DNA of 64,000 nucleotides from positions 220,986 to 284,985 of the forward strand of contig JAZDNM010000003.1 in assembly GCA_043799715.1 (NCBI GenBank). The letters run 5' to 3'. This document shows, piece after piece, positions 56,157 to 64,000 of the stretch (position 1 is its first letter; every line of letters starts with the position of its first letter). This DNA comes from an archaeon. GTDB taxonomy: Archaea > Nanobdellota > Nanobdellia > Pacearchaeales > DTIR01. The notes under the pieces are model-generated. The model was not told where the DNA came from. It made no database searches and saw only the letters and a list, made by a program, of their open reading frames with translations. The position numbers and the translations under genes were made by a program.

Positions 56157-56735
56157 TTATCTCTTGTTTGCTCTTCTTTCAAATTCCCTGAACCAGGAAT
56201 TTTTGTAAAATTTTGAAAAGTCGCCTTTCTCCTTGTTTTCAGGGCTCAGAAATTCCTGCAGTATTCTGGCAAGTTTTACGAGATTTACTGCCTTGATTAC
56301 CTCTGCTCTTTCTGGTTTTTCACAGGCAGTTGTTTCTTTTGTTTCAAAGCTGTAAAAGCTGGAGTAATAATGAAAGCAGCTTTTCTCTATCTTGAGAAAA
56401 TCCTTTTCAGAAGGCACATAAAAAACCTCATTCTCTTTTGAAGAGGAGGAGTGGCTGCTTAAAGAATCCATAAAACTCATCTGCGGCCTGAAATTAGTTT
56501 CAAGGCTGCTTAGCAATATTCCTTTTTTGTCATAGAACTGAACTTCATTCTTAATGCGGGAGTCATATATTTTTGAGATGTCTATGTCATGCTCAAGTTT
56601 TTCCTTGTTCTCATCAAGAAACTGGGTTAGGAGAACAAGTTTGCTTTCATCAAGAGATGCAATTTCGCTGGCTGATTCAGCAAGTTTCTCATATTCTTTC
56701 AACGGGACAATATTCTCAAGCGTTAGTTTTGCCAT
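56157..56735 (-). CDS. Hypothetical protein
   Basis: Long ORF downstream of 56749-57123. Confidence 0.65.
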   Translation of the reverse strand: MAKLTLENIVPLKEYEKLAESASEIASLDESKLVLLTQFLDENKEKLEHDIDISKIYDSRIKNEVQFYDKKGILLSSLETNFRPQMSFMDSLSSHSSSSKENEVFYVPSEKDFLKIEKSCFHYYSSFYSFETKETTACEKPERAEVIKAVNLVKLARILQEFLSPENKEKGDFSKFYKNSWFREFERRANKR

Positions 56736-56748
56736 TTTATTTTTTAGC

Positions 56749-57123
56749 TTATTCAACTGCTTTTCTTATTGAATCGCAGATTTCAGCAAGAGTGCTTTTC
56801 GCCTTCTCACTTTTCACAAACTTGTCATCTATGGTTGCTGTGAGAGTATAAAAGTGCCCCCTTGATACCTGTAAATGAATAACTGCTGGCTCTGCCCCTG
56901 GCACTAAAAAAGAGGACTTGTCGTCAGAATGAAATGAATTAGGAGATATATGCCCACCATGCTCAAAGGTACCCTCTGAAACAAGCAGTGTTTTTTCAAG
57001 TATCAAATCAGAGAGTTTCTTGTAGTCCTCATACATCTTATCACTCGTTTGATATTCATATCTCTTCTTTATTATCTCTGCCATTTTCAAAATTTCCTCA
57101 GAAACAGCTGAGATGCCTGACAC
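56749..57123 (-). CDS. Hypothetical protein
   Basis: GTG start, TATA upstream. Confidence 0.6.
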   Translation of the reverse strand: MSGISAVSEEILKMAEIIKKRYEYQTSDKMYEDYKKLSDLILEKTLLVSEGTFEHGGHISPNSFHSDDKSSFLVPGAEPAVIHLQVSRGHFYTLTATIDDKFVKSEKAKSTLAEICDSIRKAVE

Positions 57124-57176
57124 CTCTCTTGAAAATGATAGAAACGAACTTTAAAAATCTTGCCCTCTTAAAAAAC

Positions 57177-57344
57177 CTAAATATCCCTGGCTTGCAGCGT
57201 TTTCCTGCTGTTTGCCTTGGCTCTTGCAACTGCCTCTTTTATGATTTGCTCTATCTTCTTGTTCAGCGCAGCAGGAACATCTGACGATATGTTGATGTTT
57301 CTTGCAACTTTTTTTATATTGCTGACTACAACAAGCTTTGCCAT
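57177..57344 (-). CDS. Histone-fold protein, 55 aa (not in the ORF track)
   Basis: MAKLVVVSNIKKVARNINISSDVPAALNKKIEQIIKEAVARAKANSRKTLQARDI*; RKT....D histone motif. Confidence 0.85.
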   Translation of the reverse strand: MAKLVVVSNIKKVARNINISSDVPAALNKKIEQIIKEAVARAKANSRKTLQARDI

Positions 57345-57356
57345 TCCCGGGCAGAT

Positions 57357-57500
57357 TTACTTACCAAGAAGTCTGCATACTGTGATTGAGCATACCGGGC
57401 ACTTGCCCTTCAATATCCTTGTGCCTTTAGAAGTCTTGCCTTCTTTTCCGTCTTTTATCTCAACCTTCTTCTTGCACTTAACACAATAACCCTCTGTCAT
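57357..57500 (-). CDS. 47-aa Zn-ribbon protein, DUF5679-like (not in the ORF track)
   Basis: MTEGYCVKCKKKVEIKDGKEGKTSKGTRILKGKCPVCSITVCRLLGK*; GGAGG RBS. Confidence 0.85.
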   Translation of the reverse strand: MTEGYCVKCKKKVEIKDGKEGKTSKGTRILKGKCPVCSITVCRLLGK

Positions 57501-57568
57501 TTTCCCTCCTTTTGCTTGGATTAATTATCAGGATAAGTTCTGATTTATAAATGTTTGGAAAATTAAGT

Positions 57569-59143
57569 TTATAGTTCTTCAAGAAGCTTCCTGACTTTTT
57601 CCCTTTCAAGCAGGATTAAGCTGCTTAATCTCGGCCCCTGTTCTTTGCTGATTATAATCCTGTATGCAGCAGCGAAAAATTCCTTTGTGCCTATTTTGTG
57701 CTTTTCTGCTATTCTTTTGAACTCATCAATCAGATGCTGCTCTGTAATTCCCTTGCCAAGGAATTCTGCAAGCTCTTTCAGGGCTTCTGTTTCTTTCTTG
57801 CTGAGTTTTTTTGCCTCTGCCTTGTCAATTTGCTCATTTATCTTGAAAATGAATTCTTCTGGAGCTTGCTTGAGCCAGTTTCTTGCAAGCTCGGCTCTTT
57901 TCATCAGTCTTGTCCTGTCCTCTGCTGTCTTTGCTTCCTGCTTGTAATGCTCAAGCAGAGCCTTGCTGTCCATAAGCTGCACTATTTCAGCCATCTGCCT
58001 GAAGCTTGGAGCAAAAATGTTCTTTGGCGGTTTTTCAGAGACTTGAGAAAGTTCATAGATTCTTTTCTGCTTCCTGTCAAGCTTGCTGCTGAAATATGCC
58101 TGCTCAAGGCAGTCATATTCTGCATAAATCTTGATGACATCAGCGTCAAATGCAATTGCGAACTCTGTGTTCGGCCTTGACTTGACAAACAAGTATCTCA
58201 ATATCTGGGGCTCATAAACCTGAAGGCACTGCTCCAAATCAATCACATTCCCAAGTGATTTTGACATCTTGCCTCCCTGCCCCTTGATTGTTATGAAATC
58301 ATATTTCTGGTAAAGCGGAGGAGCTTCCATGTAAATTTCCTTTATTATCTCTGACGCTGTTGTGTAGCTTCCTCCTGGAGTCGAGTGCTCTTTTCCGCCT
58401 GGCTCAAAATCAACTCTGAAATAATGCCATCTCATAGGCCAGTCAATTCTCCACGGCAGCTTGACTATGCCTTTTTTCGAGAAATCAATTTCTCCTTTGT
58501 ATCCGCACTTGCATTCATACTGCAGCTTGAAATTCCCATCCCAGCTGAGAATTCTTGTCATGTCCTTCATGCATTTCTCGCAGTAAATCTGGACAGGCCA
58601 CCAGTTCTCATCAAGCTTCTCGTCTGTCTTGAACTTGTTGAGAATCATCTTTATTTTCTCCTTGTGCTGCAGAATGAATTTTATCTCCCCTGAATAAACG
58701 CATTTCTCATATTCCCTTGACTCATAAATAAACTCAGGGAATATCCCCAGCTCAGGGAGATATTTCTCAACATCCTTTTCAAAATGCTCTGCATAATTCT
58801 TGTGGCAGCCGAATGTGTCGGGGGTTTTTGTCAGCTGTATTCCCTTGCAATTTTCAAGAATCTCTGGCTTGGGCATTCCGGATGGAACTTTCCTGAATCT
58901 GTCAAAGTCATCCCAGCTGTATATGAATTTCACTTCCTTATTTTTCTGCTTCATTGCCCTTGCAACAAGCTCAACTGTTATCATCTCCCTGAAATTGCCA
59001 ATATGAACCTTGCCGCTTGGGGTTATTCCTGCAGAGCACACAAATTTAGTCCCTGACTTCGGCTTGCTGATACAAAGCTGCTCTGCTATGCTGTCTGCCC
59101 AGTGGTATTTCTCCTCTGGCTCTTTTTCCTGTTTCTTTGCCAT
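57569..59143 (-). CDS. lysS: Class I lysyl-tRNA synthetase
   Basis: HWAD, GITPSG.VHIGN, WRIDWPMRW, FEPGGKEH, KMSKS, GPRL. Confidence 0.97.
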   Translation of the reverse strand: MAKKQEKEPEEKYHWADSIAEQLCISKPKSGTKFVCSAGITPSGKVHIGNFREMITVELVARAMKQKNKEVKFIYSWDDFDRFRKVPSGMPKPEILENCKGIQLTKTPDTFGCHKNYAEHFEKDVEKYLPELGIFPEFIYESREYEKCVYSGEIKFILQHKEKIKMILNKFKTDEKLDENWWPVQIYCEKCMKDMTRILSWDGNFKLQYECKCGYKGEIDFSKKGIVKLPWRIDWPMRWHYFRVDFEPGGKEHSTPGGSYTTASEIIKEIYMEAPPLYQKYDFITIKGQGGKMSKSLGNVIDLEQCLQVYEPQILRYLFVKSRPNTEFAIAFDADVIKIYAEYDCLEQAYFSSKLDRKQKRIYELSQVSEKPPKNIFAPSFRQMAEIVQLMDSKALLEHYKQEAKTAEDRTRLMKRAELARNWLKQAPEEFIFKINEQIDKAEAKKLSKKETEALKELAEFLGKGITEQHLIDEFKRIAEKHKIGTKEFFAAAYRIIISKEQGPRLSSLILLEREKVRKLLEEL

Positions 59144-59147
59144 TTTC

Positions 59148-59423
59148 TCAGAAAGAGATAATCCTGAAGTCAGCGAACTCCCCTGTATAGTTCTCCTCTT
59201 TTACATCAACTTTCTCAACTTTAGAATATTTCGGCCCTTTTTTCAGGAACTCCAGCATTTTCTCAAGGTCAATCACATTGCCTTCAAAAACAGCATCAAC
59301 GCAGTCCTCTGTGTTCCTGACAAATCCCCTCAAGCCAAGCTTGTCCGCCTGCTCCTTTGCCTGAGTCCTGAAAAAAACACCCTTGACAACGCCGTAAATC
59401 CTTGCATGAAATCTCTTTTTCAT
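59148..59423 (-). CDS. acyP: Acylphosphatase
   Basis: G.V.GVFFR, GFVRN, GP..S.V. Confidence 0.9.
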   Translation of the reverse strand: MKKRFHARIYGVVKGVFFRTQAKEQADKLGLRGFVRNTEDCVDAVFEGNVIDLEKMLEFLKKGPKYSKVEKVDVKEENYTGEFADFRIISF

Positions 59424-59447
59424 AACGTGAAGAAAGATGCAAGATTA

Positions 59448-60230
59448 TTAAGCTTTTTGCTTTCCGGATTTTTTCTTCGGCTTTGGCTGTTTCTGCTTTG
59501 GCTCTTTTTTGGCTCTCTTCTTAAAAACAAATGAAAATACAAGAAGAATTATTCCTGCTGCGAAGAATGCGCCAAAAATCATGAACGAGATGTCTGTGAC
59601 TGATGAAAGCAGGGGTATAAATGGCTGAAGGTTAGGGGTTGCTGCTGCCTGCATTATCCTGTCTCTTGCAATGAGCAGTATAAACGGCAATCCTGCAATT
59701 ATTAAATTATTGGCTACTGTTCTTATGCCCCCAAGTAGGATAATCAGAAGCCCTATTATTATCAGCACAAGAACTGCTTTCATGCTTGCATCTTTGAAAA
59801 AATCATTTGCTGGCTTTGAGAAAATGAATGAGGGAAATTCGCCTTTTTCCTGGGTTTTGAAGCACTCAATAAATGAGCATGTGTAATTGGCATAATACAT
59901 CTTGTCAAAGAAATCATCAAGAATAGCCTCATTGATAGGCACATTGTTCCTTATGTCATTGCAGTCAATTGTTATGTTCTCTGTGCTGTCAACAGGAATC
60001 TGGACTTCGTCAACTGTCTCGCACTCAATCCTTATGCTTGCATCAAGCTTGCTGTTTGCGTCAGCATCCTGGGGCATTGCCGCTGAAATTGCAAAGAAAA
60101 GCGGCTTCATCACCTCTGGTTTTGTTATTTCAGCCAGTGAAAGCGTGAATGGAACTACAAACAGAAGCCCGACAAAAACCATCGACAAAAGAAGAACCGC
60201 AATCCACTTTAATACTCGAGTCAAAGCCAT
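59448..60230 (-). CDS. Multi-pass membrane protein
   Basis: N-terminal TM, YY..Y.CSFIEC loop, 3 C-terminal TMs. Confidence 0.78.
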   Translation of the reverse strand: MALTRVLKWIAVLLLSMVFVGLLFVVPFTLSLAEITKPEVMKPLFFAISAAMPQDADANSKLDASIRIECETVDEVQIPVDSTENITIDCNDIRNNVPINEAILDDFFDKMYYANYTCSFIECFKTQEKGEFPSFIFSKPANDFFKDASMKAVLVLIIIGLLIILLGGIRTVANNLIIAGLPFILLIARDRIMQAAATPNLQPFIPLLSSVTDISFMIFGAFFAAGIILLVFSFVFKKRAKKEPKQKQPKPKKKSGKQKA

Positions 60231-60359
60231 ATGCTGATAAGAGAAGAATTATTTTTAAACTTAACTAAGAGATGGGATTTTTGCCTTTTCCAAATTGATT
60301 ACTAATACCCCCCCACTATGAATACTACTCCCAGATTAATTTTTTAGATTTGTTCCTCT

Positions 60360-60539
60360 TTATTTCTTCCGTTTGAAATATTGGATTATCTCGGATGCAC
60401 TGAGATAACCAAAGAACAAAGTACCAATTCCTGTACTCCAAAATAATAATGGATATGATTCTGAGATTGTAATGAACACTGTGAAAGTTGTCAAAGTAAG
60501 CCCCAGCATATTCATTCCATCTTTTAGATGTTCGTTCAT
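60360..60539 (-). CDS. 59-aa 2-TM protein (different frame from the ORF-track call)
   Basis: GGAGGTGA RBS 6 nt upstream; MNEHLKDGMNMLGLTLTTFTVFITISESYPLLFWSTGIGTLFFGYLSASEIIQYFKRKK*. Confidence 0.6.
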   Translation of the reverse strand: MNEHLKDGMNMLGLTLTTFTVFITISESYPLLFWSTGIGTLFFGYLSASEIIQYFKRKK

Positions 60540-60645
60540 CCTTATTCACCTCCCATATTAAAAAGGAGATCTGGATTAAAAGCTTATCGGATTTTTTAAT
60601 CTACCATTTAGATAATCTTAAATACCCCCTTTTATTTTTTAGGAT

Positions 60646-61020
60646 ATGCAAGAGCGGTTTAATAAACTCTTGAAGAATAACACGTTCACTATTTTAACTA
60701 TCCCTCTTATGTTTCCATTTTTATTAAGAGTGGGAGTTACAGGGATTTACTTAATAATTGATATTCTTTGTTTATTGGTTGGGATGGCTGTAGGAATTTC
60801 AATAAGACATTTATTTCACAATGAGGGTTATAGTTATGGTTGTTTTTGGTGTTATAAGTTAAAACCAGAAAAAGATTTTTTAGAACAAATTAAAACAGAT
60901 GAAGAAGAAGCTAAAAAAGTAGAAGTAATAAGATGCCCCCTCTGTAAAGAGAAGATTTATGCAATGGATTCAGCAGCACATAAAAGGGAGTTCCACAAAT
61001 CCCTATTAAAGATTGATTAA
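60646..61020 (+). CDS. AT-rich 2-TM protein with a C-terminal C2H2-like finger
   Basis: CPLC...AH...H; CFWC. Confidence 0.6.
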   Translation: MQERFNKLLKNNTFTILTIPLMFPFLLRVGVTGIYLIIDILCLLVGMAVGISIRHLFHNEGYSYGCFWCYKLKPEKDFLEQIKTDEEEAKKVEVIRCPLCKEKIYAMDSAAHKREFHKSLLKID

Positions 61021-61038
61021 GAAGAATTCTGTTGCCTG

Positions 61039-61182
61039 TTAAATCTTGACGCCAGAATCCCTGACTTTCTGGGAATGCTGGTCCAATCGTCCTGATGCAA
61101 GGCAGTCCCAGCATGTGTGCATTGAGCCGTCTTTCTCCTTGACTTTTCCTGTATCCTTGCATTTCGGGCATTGCTGTTCCAT
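61039..61182 (-). CDS. 47-aa DnaJ-type Zn-finger microprotein (not in the ORF track)
   Basis: MEQQCPKCKDTGKVKEKDGSMHTCWDCLASGRLDQHSQKVRDSGVKI*. Confidence 0.75.
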   Translation of the reverse strand: MEQQCPKCKDTGKVKEKDGSMHTCWDCLASGRLDQHSQKVRDSGVKI

Positions 61183-61292
61183 GCTTCTAAAATGCTCTTT
61201 CTGTTTTTAAAATTATCTACAATATGCTGTTATAGTGCCTTTATGCAAAAATTTTTAAATTAGAATTATCTTAAAAGAGAAAAGAGGGAAAA

Positions 61293-61586
61293 ATGGCTTT
61301 TACTGAAACATTATTGATATTTCTTGGGGGATTTCTTGGCGTATGGGCAAGCATTATGATGAAATATTCTGTCAAAATAAAGAAATTTGCTGAGCTTGGA
61401 AACTATGTTATTGCATTGCTCCTGAGCTTCGCAATTTATGGGGTTTATTCATTCCTGGTTTCTGCGGGCTTCCTGCCTTCTGGGTTTTCAAGACTGGCTT
61501 TGTTCGGCATTTCTGTTTTTCTGGGATTCAGTTTGGATGAGCTGGCGAGATATTTCTACCAATTGCTCAAGAAATCATCTAATTAA
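61293..61586 (+). CDS. Small 3-TM membrane protein
   Basis: Hydrophobic, GAGGG RBS. Confidence 0.7.
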   Translation: MAFTETLLIFLGGFLGVWASIMMKYSVKIKKFAELGNYVIALLLSFAIYGVYSFLVSAGFLPSGFSRLALFGISVFLGFSLDELARYFYQLLKKSSN

Positions 61587-61777
61587 TTGAAAAGATTAGA
61601 ATAAATGCAGCTTCCGTAAAGCGCTGCTTTTGCTGTTCTCTCAAGCCCTATAATTTTCATAACGCGGACTGTCTCCTCAATGCTTCTTGTTGAATACATG
61701 AAATGTGCCTGCTCAAATATCTCCGACGCCATATCCCTGTCAACTTTTTTATCATTGTGCTCTTTAATGCGAGTCAT
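61583..61777 (-). CDS. Hypothetical protein
   Basis: Starts 2 nt after the cbf5 stop. Confidence 0.45.
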   Translation of the reverse strand: MTRIKEHNDKKVDRDMASEIFEQAHFMYSTRSIEETVRVMKIIGLERTAKAALYGSCIYSNLFN

Positions 61778-61779
61778 TT

Positions 61780-62631
61780 TCAGTTCAAAACTGTCTTGGG
61801 CTTTGCAACAATCTCGTGCTTTAAATCTTTTATGGAAATGCTTTCCACTTCTGCCCTTGCGACTTCAATGAGTTTTTTGCTGTTCATGACAGCAATTGAC
61901 TCATCCTTGCTGAAATTGTCATAATTTTCAAGCATGTCGCTGAAAACAGGGGAGCCGTGCAGTAGTTTGTCAAGGAACTCTGGCTTGACTTCTGCTTTTT
62001 TCAGGATTTTAGTTATTTCCTCAACAGGATGCAGCATTGCATCAAGTTTTTTGCTGTCGCCTTGCTTGTGTTCCTGAATTGCATCTGCAAACTGGTAAAG
62101 AGTGAATGAATCTTTCTCATTGAATATGCTTGCCTTTGTCCTTCTCAGCTCTGACATGTGCATTCCTATCCCAAGCTCAATGCCCAAGTCATGAACAAGC
62201 TTTCTGATGTAAGTCCCTGCCTCGCATTTAACTCTGAAAAGAATTTCAAATTCCTTTCTCTCAAGAATGTCAAAGCTTATTATTTCCCTCTGCCTTTCCT
62301 GCCTTTTCACTCTTGACTTCACAGGAGGCAGCTGCATTATCCTGCCAAGAAATTTCTTTTTTATTGCCTCTGCAATTTTTTCAGTTTCAATATCCTTATG
62401 CAATCTTGCAATTCCGACATACTCCTTGTCCTGATGAATAAAATAATCCAGAAGCCTTGACGCCCTGCCAAGCAAAATTGGAAGTACTCCTGTGACTTCA
62501 GGGTCTAAAGTTCCTGAATGCCCTGCCTTGCTCAAGCCAAGCTCTTTTCTCACAAAATCAGTTACTTGGAATGATGTCATTCCCGCTGGCTTGTCAATTA
62601 CAATTATGCTCCTGTTCAAGTCAAGTTCCAT
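61780..62631 (-). CDS. cbf5: Pseudouridine synthase Cbf5/TruB
   Basis: IDKP.G.TS, GHSGTLDP, Q.PP..S.VKR, CEAGTYIR, ELRRT; C-terminal PUA. Confidence 0.95.
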   Translation of the reverse strand: MELDLNRSIIVIDKPAGMTSFQVTDFVRKELGLSKAGHSGTLDPEVTGVLPILLGRASRLLDYFIHQDKEYVGIARLHKDIETEKIAEAIKKKFLGRIMQLPPVKSRVKRQERQREIISFDILERKEFEILFRVKCEAGTYIRKLVHDLGIELGIGMHMSELRRTKASIFNEKDSFTLYQFADAIQEHKQGDSKKLDAMLHPVEEITKILKKAEVKPEFLDKLLHGSPVFSDMLENYDNFSKDESIAVMNSKKLIEVARAEVESISIKDLKHEIVAKPKTVLN

Positions 62632-62688
62632 CCGGGGATTTAGAAAAAGATATTTATAAAATATATCAAAAGAAGTGAATATTCAAAA

Positions 62689-63222
62689 TTATTTCTCAAG
62701 CGCCTTTCTCTGATGGACTTCTGTCCTTGGCTTTATGAGCTCCCTCTCAACTTCATGCTTTTCCTTCTGCAAGAGTCTCTCTTCTTCCTTGAGCTCCTCT
62801 GCTCTTTTTTCCTCTTCTGCATTGCCCTCTTTTTCCTGCTCTGCCTGTTTCTTCTCAATCTCTGATTTTTTCACAGCTGCTTTTGCAATCTCTGACTTTT
62901 CTTTTGCCATAATCATCTCTGCTCTTTTGCTGAGCTTGACTACCTCAACCATCACTTCACCTGTTGAGTATTTCACTGCCTTGATTTCTATCTTGGCAGG
63001 CGGCTTTTTTATGCTGCGTCTCCATACTGCCTCATTCAGAAATTTGCTAAGCTTGATTTTCTTTATGTCGTCCCTGACTTTCATGTGCCTTGCTATGAAC
63101 TCCCTTATTGTCTTTACTGCCTTGTTTGCCCTTTTGTATCTTGGCACATGCATCCACGAGCTTCTCAATGGAATTATGTATTTCCTTTCAAGAACAATTG
63201 TTTTTTCCTGTTTCTTTGCCAT
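62689..63222 (-). CDS. rpl31e: 50S ribosomal protein L31e with a charged C-terminal extension
   Basis: ERKYIIPLR, RA.KAV..IREF..RHMK, LNE.VW.R....PP. Confidence 0.93.
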   Translation of the reverse strand: MAKKQEKTIVLERKYIIPLRSSWMHVPRYKRANKAVKTIREFIARHMKVRDDIKKIKLSKFLNEAVWRRSIKKPPAKIEIKAVKYSTGEVMVEVVKLSKRAEMIMAKEKSEIAKAAVKKSEIEKKQAEQEKEGNAEEEKRAEELKEEERLLQKEKHEVERELIKPRTEVHQRKALEK

Positions 63223-63228
63223 TTTCGC

Positions 63229-63435
63229 TTAACCTTGATGCCCTGGCTTGAACCTTCTCGGCAAGGCATGGATTTTTGTCCTTCTCCAGTTTCTTTTTAG
63301 TCTTGTTATCCTTGAGGGATGCACTCTCTTGCCTTTCCCGAATACTTTAGGAATGAGCCAGAACGGAGCCCATTTTGTCCTCTTGCCCTGCTTGGCAAGA
63401 TGCCTTTTCCTGCTTGTTACTTTGTTATGTGGCAT
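63229..63435 (-). CDS. rpl39e: 50S ribosomal protein L39e
   Basis: K..LAK....T..AP.W, HP, R.WRR; next to rpl31e. Confidence 0.88.
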   Translation of the reverse strand: MPHNKVTSRKRHLAKQGKRTKWAPFWLIPKVFGKGKRVHPSRITRLKRNWRRTKIHALPRRFKPGHQG

Positions 63436-63473
63436 TTTGCTGTTTGATTTTTTATTTAATGATGTTATTTATT

Positions 63474-63818
63474 TCACAGGGGAGCTTCATAAACCTTTTC
63501 CCTGCGGTTGTCTGCCTTGCTTACTTTAAAAATTTTCCATACAGGCATTATGTCTGCGATTGAGATATTCAGATTGTTTTTGTTGTAAAAATCCGCTGCA
63601 GACTCATAAGAAATAAAAATATCCTCCAGATGCCTGAGATTTTTGCTGCTGCTGACAAGCATGTGAGGCAGGGATAGATGAACTGCCTCTGCAGGCATCA
63701 AGTCTATCTGGTAGATTTCTTCTTTTTTTCCTGAATTATTTTTTGCATTGCTTAAGGAATCATAAAATGTCTTCCAGATATTCTTCCTGTAATCAAGGCA
63801 TATCCCAAACTTTTTCAT
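63474..63818 (-). CDS. Hypothetical protein inserted between the PDCD5-like gene and rpl39e
   Basis: 114-aa ORF. Confidence 0.5.
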   Translation of the reverse strand: MKKFGICLDYRKNIWKTFYDSLSNAKNNSGKKEEIYQIDLMPAEAVHLSLPHMLVSSSKNLRHLEDIFISYESAADFYNKNNLNISIADIMPVWKIFKVSKADNRREKVYEAPL

Positions 63819-63866
63819 TTTTTAATTTATTTTGTTTCTTTCCGAGGTTTCTTCCCAAGAAAGCTC

Positions 63867-64000
63867 TTACTTCCTGAAATGGAACTCCTTTTTTCCTTTT
63901 TGTATTTCCTGAAGAAGAATCTTGAATTCCTCGTCAGTCATCACTTCCCTTATCTGCCCTGAAGCCACTGCCTGCGCAATAAGCGAGATTGCCCTTACTG
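63867..64000 (-). CDS. PDCD5-like DNA-binding protein, C-terminal part
   Basis: ...VRAISLIAQAVASGQIREVMTDEEFKILLQEIQKGKKEFHFRK*; known archaeal synteny with rpl39e/rpl31e. Confidence 0.8.
   Translation of the reverse strand, partial: VRAISLIAQAVASGQIREVMTDEEFKILLQEIQKGKKEFHFRK

Noticed and set aside
57217..57489. 90-aa plus-strand ORF
   Set aside because: Antisense to the histone and Zn-ribbon genes, which have clear motifs.
60325..60549. 74-aa ORF-track call
   Set aside because: Its GTG lies inside the RBS; the alternative frame 60360-60539 has proper RBS spacing and a coherent 2-TM product.
63467..63832. ATTTATTT direct repeat around the ORF before rpl39e
   Set aside because: Pure A/T 8-mer in AT-rich spacers; too likely by chance to count as evidence.

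Overview
Chromosomal segment of a DPANN archaeon, most likely Pacearchaeota or Woesearchaeota (Nanobdellota). This is inferred from the archaeal information genes, intron-containing tRNAs, BRE/TATA promoters and Cys-rich surface proteins. Layout: 1-11.4 kb, a divergent cluster of membrane-anchored surface proteins (cadherin/Ig-like, PKD, Cys-rich); 11.5-15.6 kb, oapABC, CCA-adding enzyme and MEMO1; around 18 kb, a tRNA-Glu/Gln/Thr cluster flanked by two accessory blocks (radical SAM + ASCH/NDT-like fusion; tandem metallophosphoesterase + TldD + cytidine deaminase). The rest is mostly housekeeping: pheST, trpS, presenilin, signal peptidase, aCPSF1, psmB, mre11/rad50, RNase J, spt5/secE/ftsZ, hjc, lysS, cbf5, rpl31e/rpl39e. 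The strongest sequence-level pattern is that small genes are repeatedly inserted into conserved operons between exact 4-17 bp direct repeats that coincide with promoters or RBS/start codons, with no transposase or integrase in the window. Five small genes missing from the ORF track were read by hand: a histone, three Zn-finger microproteins and a 2-TM protein. Family assignments come from motif recognition by eye; no database search was run.
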